A stretch of 64,000 bases of DNA from a virus (IMGVR_UViG_3300027804_002812:96001-160000), one strand, 5' to 3'; counted from the first letter of the stretch, positions 46,600 through 56,755 are shown. Notes: a model not told the origin generated them from the letters alone. A program made the numbers and translations.

Positions 46600-48453
46600 T
46601 TATGAATTTAATAACTTATTCAACTCTTTTGAAATTTCTACCAAAGAATCTTGTGCCTGACCCAAATTTATTATCTGTGACCCTTCGATTAAATTATTTT
46701 CTACTAAAATGTTAAGGTCTTTTTTTGTTGATTCAGGTGTTACTTCTGCGGGTGGAGCTTCTTCTGCTCCTCCTCCTGCCGGTGGAGTTTCCGTTCCTAA
46801 ATCGAGACCCGACGGTTCTGACCCGAATGATGGTGGTGACGCCAATTCTTCTCCTCCATCCATAGTTGTTTCCGCCCCAGCAGTTGGAGTTGAACCTGTT
46901 TGACTACCATACAATTTGTCGATATTATCAAACAAACCTGTTTTGGTTATCACAGTTGGAGTTGCTTTAAGTTCTTCTCCAACCGCTCTTTCGATTCTTT
47001 GTTGTTGTAGGTCTAAACGAACTTCATCATCAGACCAACCAAATATGTGTTTCTTAGCCCATGTAGATGAAGTTGCCTGTATTCCATTTCCTGGATCGGC
47101 AACCAAATCCTTGTATAATAATACCTTTTCTTTCCAAACATCAATCTTCAGCAAATCTGCTTGAGTTGATGGGTTTGTTAATCCAAGTGTAAAATTGGAT
47201 AATTCATCTTCGAATCCTAATAAAAATAAATGTACAATGGCAATTTTATTAAGTTCTGCCAACATACTTTTTTGGATTCTATTAATTGTACGAGCAAATC
47301 TAATGTCTTGTAACGCCAAGTTTTTACCATCGCCTACCACTTCTTCAAAACCCAAGAATGCTTTTGGTACTCGTAGAGCAGTTAACAATTTCTTCTGAAT
47401 GTATTCAATGTCGGCAATTTCAGATAAGTTAGTTGCACCTGGCAAAGTATCGATAGGTGTTGGTGCTGCAGGATCTCTTACAGGTATGAAATAATCTTGG
47501 TCAACCGCCATTTGATTGAATCTCATGTCGACATTACCTGTTTTACTATCAACAACTTGCTCTCTTTTGAATTTGTTTGCAACACGTTGTACATATGCTT
47601 CGACATCATCGTCGTTCATGTTACCCACAAAAACTTTGAATATTCTTCTCTCAGGTGCTCTCGAAGTTCTATATATTAACATAGCATCTTCACAAAGGAG
47701 TAATTGTTTCCAAATACGTCTTGCTTTTTCCAACATTGATGTTCCATAAGGAAGTTTTCTATCATCACCCAATAATCTGAAGTGAGCCATCTCCCAAGAT
47801 TGAAACTCCATGTTTTTATTTTTCCATGTAAAGTGTAATGCTTTTCTGTCTTTATCAACTTCATTTTTAACATCAACAGATATTTTACCACTGGCACCAA
47901 CTTCATGTCTTTCAATTTCTATGGTTGGTAATTGTTGACATCCAACAATTCCTTTCTCAGGGTCTAATTTAAGATACACGAAATTGTCTCCATATTTACA
48001 GGTATTCCGTGTCCACATTGGAAGATTGGTATTAACATCTAAAGCATTGTTAAACAAATCGGCTAATACCCCCTTTATTCTTTTTGATTCAGAATAAATT
48101 TGTAATATGAATCCATCTTCATTTGTTGTAGTGGATTCTTCAGCATAAATGTCTAATGCCGCAGAAATCTCAGGAGTGTATTCCATTGATTCATAATCAT
48201 ATTGGGCAGATAATCTTGTTGGTTCATAATAAATTGCTTGAGAATAAAGATTATTCTCAACTTTAGCCCATTGATTGGTAAGATAATATGTTTGTTGTGC
48301 TTGGAGTTTTTCTTTCTCGTATTCCTCTCTACTTTTGGTTCGCAGGAGTTCCTTTTTATCAAACTTGAATGTTGGATAATCTTGATTGAGAAGTGAATTC
48401 GGTCCAAATGTTTGTGACAATCTTTGCCAAACTGTCATATTTTGTTCTGCCAT
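46600..48453 (-). CDS. gp20: T4-like portal protein
   Basis: PEISAALDIYAEE, KARRIWKQL.LCEDAMLIYR..RAPERRIF.V.VGN, DYFIPVR..., IDTLPG. Confidence 0.96.
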   Translation of the reverse strand: MAEQNMTVWQRLSQTFGPNSLLNQDYPTFKFDKKELLRTKSREEYEKEKLQAQQTYYLTNQWAKVENNLYSQAIYYEPTRLSAQYDYESMEYTPEISAALDIYAEESTTTNEDGFILQIYSESKRIKGVLADLFNNALDVNTNLPMWTRNTCKYGDNFVYLKLDPEKGIVGCQQLPTIEIERHEVGASGKISVDVKNEVDKDRKALHFTWKNKNMEFQSWEMAHFRLLGDDRKLPYGTSMLEKARRIWKQLLLCEDAMLIYRTSRAPERRIFKVFVGNMNDDDVEAYVQRVANKFKREQVVDSKTGNVDMRFNQMAVDQDYFIPVRDPAAPTPIDTLPGATNLSEIADIEYIQKKLLTALRVPKAFLGFEEVVGDGKNLALQDIRFARTINRIQKSMLAELNKIAIVHLFLLGFEDELSNFTLGLTNPSTQADLLKIDVWKEKVLLYKDLVADPGNGIQATSSTWAKKHIFGWSDDEVRLDLQQQRIERAVGEELKATPTVITKTGLFDNIDKLYGSQTGSTPTAGAETTMDGGEELASPPSFGSEPSGLDLGTETPPAGGGAEEAPPAEVTPESTKKDLNILVENNLIEGSQIINLGQAQDSLVEISKELNKLLNS

Positions 48454-48480
48454 ACGTAATGTTACTATTTACCCTGATAA

Positions 48481-48488
48481 TATAAATA
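48481..48488 (-). promoter_or_regulatory. TATTTATA motif
   Basis: 27 nt upstream of the portal ATG. Confidence 0.55.
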
Positions 48489-48489
48489 G

Positions 48490-50250
48490 TTATTTAGCAC
48501 CAAATAACCAACCATATTTTTGATAATCTGCTTTACTAGCACCATTATTATTTAGGTTTGGGTCTCTACCCATTTGAGGTACCATTGGATTAAAAAATTC
48601 TGAAGTATTTTTATTCTCATTCACAACTGATGCCCATGAATTTAACATTGCCTTAGTATGGTTAACAACTTTTGTTAATGATTGAAATGATTTTTCTGCA
48701 ATATAAATTGCCATTGATAATCCCATAATACAGTCATCATGTTGACCTTTTTGGTGATCAGGTCTTCCATTTATATAGACGAAGGTATTCATCTCGTTAT
48801 ATGTCCTATGAGAATATATTTTGAATCCATGTCTAACACCTTCTTCAAATGCGGCAATAATTTGAACTCTTTTAGTATTGAAGTTAATTCCAGGAATTCT
48901 GTCATTTATCTTTGGATCCCACTTCCACTTATTAGATGTGTCAACCCCATCAACATAAAGTCCTGGTTGGTATTGTAATTCTTGCATTTTTCTTGCAGTC
49001 GAAACTCCCATACCACCAGTTATATCAATTACACAAAATGCATTGTACATTGTTCCCCATTTATATGCAATCTCAGCTAATACATCTGGAGGAATTTTTC
49101 CAACGTATTCTAATACTTGTTCTCGTTCATTAAAGTCAATAATTTGTATGGATGAAAAATCTTCTGAATCACCACGAGAAACGTCAACACCCATTACATA
49201 CTTGTGACCATTTACAGGTTCCTTGAAAATCCATAAAGCATTACCCATAAGTTTTGCTTGGGGTGTTTGTAATTGATTTTTAGCAATGTTCTGCATCAAA
49301 TCAGAATCGAATACGTTATCACCCGACCCCAAGAAATTACATTCCAATTCTTGAGCAACTTTACGTCGGTCATACTTAAGTTTCTTTACCATCCCCTCGA
49401 ACCATGATGAACAAGGTTTGTAACCCTTTTCAATATAATCCGTAACTATGCCATGGTCTCTTTCGTATGGACTATCTGTACTTAAATCAATAACGGTATC
49501 TATTGGATAATCTTCTCTGTTGAGTAAATAATGAACCAAATCATTTGTTTTGACCATATACAAATCCTTTGTATATCTAGGGTCTCTGTACCAAAACATT
49601 TCTGAGATTTTGAAATCATTCATACCTCTTAATGCTTGGTCGTAGATTTCATAATAGATTGGGTCGTATCCGTTTGGAGTTGATACCACAATAACTTTAC
49701 CACCTGTAGATAGTGATGCCATACAAGCTGACCAGAAGTCACCATCAGCCTCGATAAATGCCGCTTCATCAAAAATAAGAATAGTAGGAGTATAACCTCT
49801 CAACGCATCTTTAGATGTTGCAACAGATTTTACTTCACATCCATTATTGAGTTTGAAATGTCTTTGAGAATTTTTTTCAGCAGAAAATGCTATCCCCACC
49901 CAAGCAGGCCACTGTTCAATGAATCCCCTAATCTTATTTGCCATTTCAACTGAGGTATCCAATTTGTTGGCAATGATTAGAATCTTTTCAGGTTTTTCCT
50001 TTCTAGCAAAGGCGAGTTTTTTTGAAGACCAAGCGGCGGTCACGGTTGACACACCTGCTTGTCTATATTTTAAGGCAATATTTTCGTTGTATTTTTCGTA
50101 GTCCTCGAGTAGTGAAACTTGGTCGGGAAAAAGTTCTAACGGAACATACTTTGAAACTGTATTATCGTATGTCTGTAAATAAGTACGAAGTGCATAAGGG
50201 GTATTCCTCATACACTTCGTATATTCTATAATTAATTGTTCTTTATTCAC
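48490..50250 (-). CDS. gp17: terminase large subunit
   Basis: LKYRQAGVST, LRGYTPTILIFDEAAF, VSTPNG, QELECNF, MGVDVSRG, HDDCIM. Confidence 0.95.
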   Translation of the reverse strand: MNKEQLIIEYTKCMRNTPYALRTYLQTYDNTVSKYVPLELFPDQVSLLEDYEKYNENIALKYRQAGVSTVTAAWSSKKLAFARKEKPEKILIIANKLDTSVEMANKIRGFIEQWPAWVGIAFSAEKNSQRHFKLNNGCEVKSVATSKDALRGYTPTILIFDEAAFIEADGDFWSACMASLSTGGKVIVVSTPNGYDPIYYEIYDQALRGMNDFKISEMFWYRDPRYTKDLYMVKTNDLVHYLLNREDYPIDTVIDLSTDSPYERDHGIVTDYIEKGYKPCSSWFEGMVKKLKYDRRKVAQELECNFLGSGDNVFDSDLMQNIAKNQLQTPQAKLMGNALWIFKEPVNGHKYVMGVDVSRGDSEDFSSIQIIDFNEREQVLEYVGKIPPDVLAEIAYKWGTMYNAFCVIDITGGMGVSTARKMQELQYQPGLYVDGVDTSNKWKWDPKINDRIPGINFNTKRVQIIAAFEEGVRHGFKIYSHRTYNEMNTFVYINGRPDHQKGQHDDCIMGLSMAIYIAEKSFQSLTKVVNHTKAMLNSWASVVNENKNTSEFFNPMVPQMGRDPNLNNNGASKADYQKYGWLFGAK

Positions 50251-50273
50251 AAAATAAAATCATATTCTGATTT

Positions 50274-51548
50274 TTATGGTCTTGGGATTCCCAAATCTCT
50301 ATAAAGTTGGTCTAAATCATCATCTTCATCTTCAGATCCTTCTTCTCCTTTGAAATCATCATACTCACTCTTCGACTGTTGAGCTTGTTTCATAATTTCT
50401 TTGAATTTTGCAGTCGCCTTCCTTACTTTTGATTCATCTTCCGAAATTGCATTACCAATGATATCTAAAAATTCTTTAGCTTCTGTCTTGTAAAGAATTG
50501 AATAAAACCAAGGTACCAATCCTTTGTTCACATCGTCAAACATTTCGTCAGGTAATGCAAACCTTAATTTTTCAACAATTTCAGGACCAATTCTAAGTTG
50601 CATCGGTTCGTTTGATAAAACATCCGTTACTCCTCTAACTTGTTGAGACATTTCCGGATCTTCAGGTAATCCGTGTCTTGCAATAGATTCCTCTAACCCT
50701 TTGATTATTTCATGACACAAAATTGGGAATATTAAACCTTCCGCAACAATTTTTGTATCTGGTTCATCTTCACCGTCGCCACCTTCTTCTTCGTCTTCAT
50801 CTTTATTTTCTAACTTAACTTTTCCAGCAACACCATTTCCTGTTTGAGACATCATTTCAATCATTTGTTCCATAGAAAAATACATGAAGTCATTGATTGA
50901 CATAATTTTCAAATACGCGGGATATAATTGTGGATCAATTTCATCCAACCTTTCTTTAATTTCAGGTTTTTGAAAAATATAATGTCCCTTTTTTGCGGCT
51001 CCTTGAACAAGAGCGTTAATCATATTTCTTTTATGAATCTCCAGTTCCATCACTTCTTCGTCAGTTAGGTTTTCAACGTCAAAAGAAGGAATTTCAGGTG
51101 TCTCTTTATCTTCCTTTTTCTTTGGTTTAGTAGCTTGCATTCTGAAATCCGAAATATTGATAGGAGCTCTATTCAATAATGCCTCAATCGTAAACCAATC
51201 TGCAGGAACTTGAGTTTCTTCTAAACATGCATCAATTGCAAGTTGTTCTAATTCTTCTCTATGTCTTCCTTCAATTCTTGTTATTCCTGGAACTTTGCTC
51301 ATCATTTCTTGAAAAAGCATTCCTTGAACTTGTTGAGAGCTAATATCCTGTACTCCAGTCACTTGTTTTAACTTATCGGCAACTTTTCCGAATCTTGAAC
51401 TTACCAATCTTTGAACATCCGCAGCCCCCTTTCTCATTGCAGGATTTTTTGCATACAAACTTTCAGGACTTCCCAATTTTCGTTCTAATCTTGGGTCCAT
51501 TCTTTCGGGTCTATCCCCGTAATTTATTTGTTCTTTAATCTTCGCCAT
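50274..51548 (-). CDS. hypothetical phage protein
   Basis: 424-aa ORF upstream of the terminase. Confidence 0.8.
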   Translation of the reverse strand: MAKIKEQINYGDRPERMDPRLERKLGSPESLYAKNPAMRKGAADVQRLVSSRFGKVADKLKQVTGVQDISSQQVQGMLFQEMMSKVPGITRIEGRHREELEQLAIDACLEETQVPADWFTIEALLNRAPINISDFRMQATKPKKKEDKETPEIPSFDVENLTDEEVMELEIHKRNMINALVQGAAKKGHYIFQKPEIKERLDEIDPQLYPAYLKIMSINDFMYFSMEQMIEMMSQTGNGVAGKVKLENKDEDEEEGGDGEDEPDTKIVAEGLIFPILCHEIIKGLEESIARHGLPEDPEMSQQVRGVTDVLSNEPMQLRIGPEIVEKLRFALPDEMFDDVNKGLVPWFYSILYKTEAKEFLDIIGNAISEDESKVRKATAKFKEIMKQAQQSKSEYDDFKGEEGSEDEDDDLDQLYRDLGIPRP

Positions 51549-51552
51549 TTTA

Positions 51553-52467
51553 TTATTTCAATAAATTTAAGATAACATCAATTACTTCTTGTTTTGCATC
51601 TTCAGGAGATATTCTTCCTGCTTTAGGATCAATTTGTTCTCCTGGTCTCGGATTTTTTCCGGGATGAGAAGGTCTTGTTCTTGGTTTCGTGTCAGGTTTA
51701 GTAATTGGTTTAGTTGGTGCTGTAGTTGGTTCACCAGCTTTTGGGTCAATTTGTTCTCCCGGTCTTGGATTTTTGCCAGGGTGTGATGGTCTTGTCCGAG
51801 GTTTTGTGTCGGGTTTAGTAGTAGGTTTGACAGGTGCGGTCAATGGTGCGTTTGCTTCTGAAAGGTATTTCAATAAGTCACCCTTAGTAATTCTCGGAGG
51901 TAAGTTTCTTTCCACAATTTTTGTAATTTCTGATTCAATAAACAAAGATACAGGATTTTTTCCTTCTTCCAATTGTTTTTTTACAGATTTTACGCATCTT
52001 TCGAATTTTCTTGTTTTTTTAGGACCAACCTGTGCATGGCATATTGCCCATGGATTTGGTTGACCTGGCTTAAGGTCTGCTTCACTTTCAAACATCCCCA
52101 TACCATCAGTTTCATCACCAAATCCATCATCTGATGAAGGACCCACTTGTTTTGGGTCTTGAGTTTCAATTTCTTTATTTGGGTCGGTAGTTACTTCTAC
52201 ATCTTCATCCATTTCTCCTTCAGTAGTAACTGATATACTTCCATCAGCATTAACTTTAACCGCTTTACCTCCAGGAATAGATTGTCCTTTGGCTTTCATT
52301 GTTTGTACTTCACTTGAAGAATAAGTTCTTTGTTTAGTAATCGTATCAGTTGCTTCAGATATTAATCTACTATGTAGAATATTAATTTGGGATTCTGTCA
52401 ATTTACCAACCGTTTTTGCAGATAATCCTTTTTCAATTAATTCGAGTGCCTTATTATTAATTTTCAT
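51553..52467 (-). CDS. hypothetical protein with duplicated 39-aa Pro/Lys/Thr repeat
   Basis: LTESQI..LHSRLISE leader-like segment, NPWAICHAQ...FERCV motif, and two copies of TAPxKPxTKPDTKPRTRPSHPGKNPRPGEQIDPKAG. Confidence 0.8.
   Translation of the reverse strand: MKINNKALELIEKGLSAKTVGKLTESQINILHSRLISEATDTITKQRTYSSSEVQTMKAKGQSIPGGKAVKVNADGSISVTTEGEMDEDVEVTTDPNKEIETQDPKQVGPSSDDGFGDETDGMGMFESEADLKPGQPNPWAICHAQVGPKKTRKFERCVKSVKKQLEEGKNPVSLFIESEITKIVERNLPPRITKGDLLKYLSEANAPLTAPVKPTTKPDTKPRTRPSHPGKNPRPGEQIDPKAGEPTTAPTKPITKPDTKPRTRPSHPGKNPRPGEQIDPKAGRISPEDAKQEVIDVILNLLK
51617..51840 (-). repeat. 117-bp direct duplication (2 copies)
   Basis: Units start at 51617 and 51734. Near-identical in protein, with synonymous DNA differences. 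Confidence 0.9.
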
Positions 52468-52852
52468 AAACTACTTTTTTTTCGAATTCTAATATCAAAT
52501 CTCTTTCGTAGAGTTTGTCTTTTATTTGTTGTTCGGACATTCCAAATCTAAAAACCATTCTTTTGTGATTTTCATACTCGTCTGTTTCCCAGGCTAATGC
52601 GACCACATCATCGATTGCATCTTCCATAGAAAAAAAATCGGAGTTCTGAATCAATTCCAATTTTACATCAGTATTTCTCAGAACTCCTACTTTTTTAATA
52701 TGATGTAATTCGGGAGGACTTGGATAACCGTTAGCCGGTCTACTTTCCCAAGAATCTCCCCAAACATCAAGACTATCAGAGAAAATGAATTCGTAAAGAT
52801 TGTCTCCCTTATAATTGGGTCCTAAACCATTTACGTATATCAAATAACTCAT
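52457..52852 (-). CDS. hypothetical phage protein
   Basis: 131-aa ORF coupled to its neighbours. Confidence 0.8.
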   Translation of the reverse strand: MSYLIYVNGLGPNYKGDNLYEFIFSDSLDVWGDSWESRPANGYPSPPELHHIKKVGVLRNTDVKLELIQNSDFFSMEDAIDDVVALAWETDEYENHKRMVFRFGMSEQQIKDKLYERDLILEFEKKVVYEN

Positions 52853-54057
52853 ACTAATAATCCTTCAGGTGATATTTTTACTTGTTTTCCTTTATTTTCA
52901 AACACTAAGTTTTTCTTATTTGTTACTCCAACAATTTTTGATGAAGAATTTTCTTCTAAGAATTTTTTTGCGGATAATTCTTGTTCGATAGTTTCACTTA
53001 ATCTTACAACTTCTTTCATTTGTTTTTTAACTTCAGAAACTTTCGTGGTTTTCCCCTTGCTTTCAAGAATTTCCTTTTTTGTAATTTCAAAGTACTTAGA
53101 AATAACTTTGTCTACGGTGGATTCTCCGAAAATGCTATCGATGATTGCTCCATTTCCATATCCTTCTTCTTCCATTTCACTTTCTACAGGAATGTCCATG
53201 TCAGCTTGAATGTCTTCAACTTCACTATCATCAGTCAAATCTAATCCATTCATATCATCTCCACCCAAATCTTCAGATTCTTCATCAAATTTAGATAGTA
53301 TGTCTTCTCTATCCTCTTCAGATAATTCGTTCAAATCAAATGAAGATAATACCATGTTGATTACATACTTAATGTCCTCAGAAGTCATTCCTTGGTCAGT
53401 ATCCAAAGTTCTAATTTTTTGGGTCAATTTTCCCGTAAGTTTTTGAATAGTTTTGAACGTAACTTGTTCTTCTTCTCCAGTTGCTGGAGTTTCAATATCC
53501 ATAGATACATCTGCATCAACTTCTCCTTCAGGACCCATGTCTTCCATACCCATATCAATGTTCAACTCATCTTCTCCCGCTGGCATTTCATCATTTGGAG
53601 ATGGTGGTAAAGATGGAGCAGGAACTGCGGGTGGAGCGGCAGGTACCTCGGCAGCTGGCATTGGTTCTGCCGCTGGTTTAGGAGTTTTTAACGTAAACTT
53701 TTTTTGTTCACCGAAAAAAGAAACACCTTCCTCATTTTCATTAATTCTGTTTAACTCACCTGCAACTAAGTTTAATCTTTTGAAGGCTTGAGAATATGAA
53801 GAATAGTATTTTCTATTTTTCATTGGCTCAATATAATCTGTTTCAGATTCAGAAATGGTTTTTTTAATGATATAACCCTGTCTTTCTTTAACTATTTCAT
53901 ATTGATTACCATCTGCCAAAGAAATAGAATATTCGCTTCTTGCAGTTTCATTAATATTTGATGGAATCACCTCGTTAAAACGAGCGATTTCCATGATTCT
54001 TTTTATTTTATCTTGTCCAGTTAATTTTTCACTGCCAAGTGGTTTCAAATCTCCCAT
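52849..54057 (-). CDS. hypothetical acidic phage protein
   Basis: 402 aa with an Ala/Pro linker and acidic tracts. Confidence 0.8.
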   Translation of the reverse strand: MGDLKPLGSEKLTGQDKIKRIMEIARFNEVIPSNINETARSEYSISLADGNQYEIVKERQGYIIKKTISESETDYIEPMKNRKYYSSYSQAFKRLNLVAGELNRINENEEGVSFFGEQKKFTLKTPKPAAEPMPAAEVPAAPPAVPAPSLPPSPNDEMPAGEDELNIDMGMEDMGPEGEVDADVSMDIETPATGEEEQVTFKTIQKLTGKLTQKIRTLDTDQGMTSEDIKYVINMVLSSFDLNELSEEDREDILSKFDEESEDLGGDDMNGLDLTDDSEVEDIQADMDIPVESEMEEEGYGNGAIIDSIFGESTVDKVISKYFEITKKEILESKGKTTKVSEVKKQMKEVVRLSETIEQELSAKKFLEENSSSKIVGVTNKKNLVFENKGKQVKISPEGLLV

Positions 54058-54090
54058 ATTATGATTTATTTATATTTTTTTGTTTTTTTT

Positions 54091-55338
54091 TTAATTATTC
54101 AATCCTTGGAATCCTCCTAGTGATATTGCGTTTAGTTGAACAATAACTTCATCCCCATCTTCACTCGTCATAACAGAATAAGGCACAGTTGATCCGGATG
54201 GTGCAGTACCTCCACTAAATGAACCTAACATACCGATAGTATATTCATATTGTTGGTTTACTTCAATCACAAATCCAAGAGTTACACTTGGGGTAGGTGT
54301 GGAAGTTGGAGTTGACGCTGGAGTTCCTGTTGGTGTTGGTGTAACAGGTGCAGTTGCACTTGGTGATGCAGTGATACTTGGTGTTGGTGTTCTCGTAGCA
54401 GTATTTGTCGGTGTTGCGGTCTGTGTATTCGTAACAGTCGGTGTTGGAGTGTTAGTAGATGTGGAGGTGTTTGTAGGTGTTTGAGTTTGTGTTGCAGTAT
54501 TTGTAGGTGTTTGGGTTGTGGTTGGAGTTGGAGTTACCGCAGCAGTTCCAGTTTGAGTTGGTGTAGGTGTTTGAGTTGAGGTTGTGGTTGGAGTTGGAGT
54601 GTTTGATGCAGTAGGTGTTGGCGTAATGTCTCCAAGACATTCAACACAAGTATTCCACGGTCCGTTAAAAATTGTAACAGTTGCAGCTAATGGAGTTTCA
54701 AATCCATCACCAACTGTAAAACACTGATGACTTCCATCCGGTAATGATAAGTCATATATTTTATTATTAATTAAACTACCAATGAATTTGGCGTAAAATG
54801 CTTCTCCTCCCGCACATGGAGTTATAATATAATATGTAAACGGTAGTGGGGATTTTGTTGGTGTAACAGTATTAGTTGGGGTTACCGTAGGAGTTGACGT
54901 ATTTGTTGAAGTTACAGTTGGTGTTGGAGTTTTAGTCGCAGTATTTGTTGGTGTTGCAGTATTTGTTGGTGTTACAGTTGGTGTTGGGGTTTTAGTTGTC
55001 GTCTGAGTATTAGTAACAGTTTGAGTATTAGTTGGCGTTGCGGTATTCGTTGGAGTCTGTGTGTTGGTTGGAGTCTGTGTAGGAGTTGCAGTATTAGACG
55101 CAGTTGGTGTTGGCGTAACATCTCCAAGACATTCAACACAACTATTCCATGGCCCATTAAATATTGTTGCAGTCGCAGCTAAAGGAGTATCGATACCAGG
55201 TTCAATTGTATAACATCCGTTAGAACCCCCTCCGATGATTAAGTCGTAGATATCACCTACAATAAGATTTTCTTCTGACTTTATGTATAAAGTATTAGAA
55301 GAATTACAAGAAGACGCAATATAATAATTAAAAGCCAT
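54091..55338 (-). CDS. Thr/Pro-repeat (mucin-like) protein with duplicated Cys-containing domain
   Basis: Two copies of YYI..C...IYDL....C.T...TPLAAT.TIFNGPWN.CVECLGD, each followed by a long TPTPT linker. Confidence 0.85.
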   Translation of the reverse strand: MAFNYYIASSCNSSNTLYIKSEENLIVGDIYDLIIGGGSNGCYTIEPGIDTPLAATATIFNGPWNSCVECLGDVTPTPTASNTATPTQTPTNTQTPTNTATPTNTQTVTNTQTTTKTPTPTVTPTNTATPTNTATKTPTPTVTSTNTSTPTVTPTNTVTPTKSPLPFTYYIITPCAGGEAFYAKFIGSLINNKIYDLSLPDGSHQCFTVGDGFETPLAATVTIFNGPWNTCVECLGDITPTPTASNTPTPTTTSTQTPTPTQTGTAAVTPTPTTTQTPTNTATQTQTPTNTSTSTNTPTPTVTNTQTATPTNTATRTPTPSITASPSATAPVTPTPTGTPASTPTSTPTPSVTLGFVIEVNQQYEYTIGMLGSFSGGTAPSGSTVPYSVMTSEDGDEVIVQLNAISLGGFQGLNN

Positions 55339-55351
55339 TTAATTTTTTCTT

Positions 55352-55359
55352 TATAAATA
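55352..55359 (-). promoter_or_regulatory. TATTTATA motif
   Basis: 13 nt upstream of ATG 55338. Confidence 0.6.
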
Positions 55360-55391
55360 TATGGTTATTCACATTTATTAAGGTGTAAGTA

Positions 55392-56135
55392 TCAGTCTTC
55401 CAATTTTCTCTCAATAGAAAGTTCTTTATCGAGAGCTTTATTTGACATATCAAACAATTTTTCAATGTGTCCCGACCTTCTCAAAAACTTAAAAACCAAG
55501 TTTTCATACGAAAGTTCACCTTCTTTTTCCAAACCTGATTTTCTATAATTTTTTAATTTTTCTTTGATTGAATCTATCAATTTGATATCATCTTCCGAAC
55601 TTTCGGATTCAATTACCTTATCAATTTTTTCAGTCCAGTTTTTGATTTTCTTTTCCAAAACTGATTTATCAATCTCGTTTTCTAACTGTTTAGGTTTTGT
55701 CACCCATTCATCATTCATTACTGAATAAACACCTGTTGCGAAATGTGGCTCTTCATTATCTTGTGCATATAATTCGACATCATACCCAAATATTTTAATA
55801 TCGTGTTTGTCGTTGAATACTTGTTTCTTTAGATTATACAATTCTTTATATAAAGGAGCTTCATCTTCGAATTGTTGTAAATCTACAAGAATGTGTAAAT
55901 CAAAATCAGAATATTCCGACCAATTAAAATTAGCTAATGATCCAGTTAAAACAATATCTTCAACAAAAACATCTTCACCAAGATAATCGATGAATTTTTC
56001 GGCAATCTTCAATAAAGCGTTTTTCACCTTCGGAACCATCTTTGCTTTCTGTGGGTTCTCAGGGTTCTCCCAAATTTTTGGATTGAGAGTTTCTTGTACT
56101 GAAAAACTATTAAGGATTTTTTGAAAATTATTCAT
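55392..56135 (-). CDS. Pol-beta superfamily nucleotidyltransferase
   Basis: IVLTGSLANFNWSEYSDFDLHILVD (GS...DxD), third acidic residue in DVELY, ENLVFKFLRR. Confidence 0.8.
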   Translation of the reverse strand: MNNFQKILNSFSVQETLNPKIWENPENPQKAKMVPKVKNALLKIAEKFIDYLGEDVFVEDIVLTGSLANFNWSEYSDFDLHILVDLQQFEDEAPLYKELYNLKKQVFNDKHDIKIFGYDVELYAQDNEEPHFATGVYSVMNDEWVTKPKQLENEIDKSVLEKKIKNWTEKIDKVIESESSEDDIKLIDSIKEKLKNYRKSGLEKEGELSYENLVFKFLRRSGHIEKLFDMSNKALDKELSIERKLED

Positions 56136-56146
56136 CTAGATAAATA

Positions 56147-56389
56147 CTATAACTTCTTATACTTGAACGTCTTTGATATGTCCGTAGTAAAAAACTTTCC
56201 TTGCGACTCCGACATTCTGAATTTTGTATACACTTGGTGAGGTACATCTTCGTACTCATATTTGAATCCATTATTAAATTCTACTACAAGTTTTTTTGTT
56301 TCCGTGTCGTATTCTGTTTTTTTAATGTTGGAAGATTTTATTTCATTAATAATCTTCGTCCCCTGAATCTCTTCTTTCAGTATCGCCAT
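56147..56389 (-). CDS. KTSC domain protein
   Basis: SSNIKKTEYD...LVVEFNNG..YEY.DVP..VY..F..SESQGKFF. Confidence 0.9.
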   Translation of the reverse strand: MAILKEEIQGTKIINEIKSSNIKKTEYDTETKKLVVEFNNGFKYEYEDVPHQVYTKFRMSESQGKFFTTDISKTFKYKKL

Positions 56390-56678
56390 CTCTAAGTGGT
56401 GTTAATTCGTTTATTTTTAATAGTTGAGGCATGATAAAATCCGAAACTTCATCTTTGGTCACTTCAAATCCGTAATTCTGAAGAAACCTAACCACGTTAT
56501 TAAATTCATTATTGAATTTTTCTTGTAAACTCATCATCTTAAAAGTATATGTCGGAGGATTATCTAGTTCTGATTCACTGAATCCCATCTCCTGTAAATG
56601 TTGTCTTAATCTCAAATAAATGTCCAAGAGATCTCTTAAATGAGAAGAATATGTTAAATATTTTTCAAAAGGTTTCAT
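56346..56678 (-). CDS. hypothetical phage protein
   Basis: 110-aa ORF with TATTTATA 3 nt upstream. Confidence 0.7.
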   Translation of the reverse strand: MKPFEKYLTYSSHLRDLLDIYLRLRQHLQEMGFSESELDNPPTYTFKMMSLQEKFNNEFNNVVRFLQNYGFEVTKDEVSDFIMPQLLKINELTPLRDGDTERRDSGDEDY

Positions 56679-56720
56679 AAATATAAATATTATAAAAACT
56701 TTTTGTATCTAAAGTACCAC

Positions 56721-56755
56721 AAAAATAAAAAAACCCACCTTTGTGGGGTGGGTTA
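56721..56755 (-). terminator. intrinsic terminator
   Basis: AACCCACC-tttgtgg-GGTGGGTT with an A tract. Confidence 0.75.

Noticed and set aside
50040-50080. Terminase Walker A lacking the GKT lysine (KYRQAGVST)
   Set aside because: The KxRQxGxS/T deviant P-loop is a known large-terminase variant, not evidence of inactivation
40664-50250. Introns, inteins or homing endonucleases in MCP, portal or terminase
   Set aside because: The ORFs are uninterrupted and of expected size, with no LAGLIDADG/HNH/GIY-YIG or intein motifs seen
54299-54640. ORFs 54299-54484 (+) and 54452-54640 (-)
   Set aside because: Shadow frames of the Thr/Pro repeat of 54091-55338
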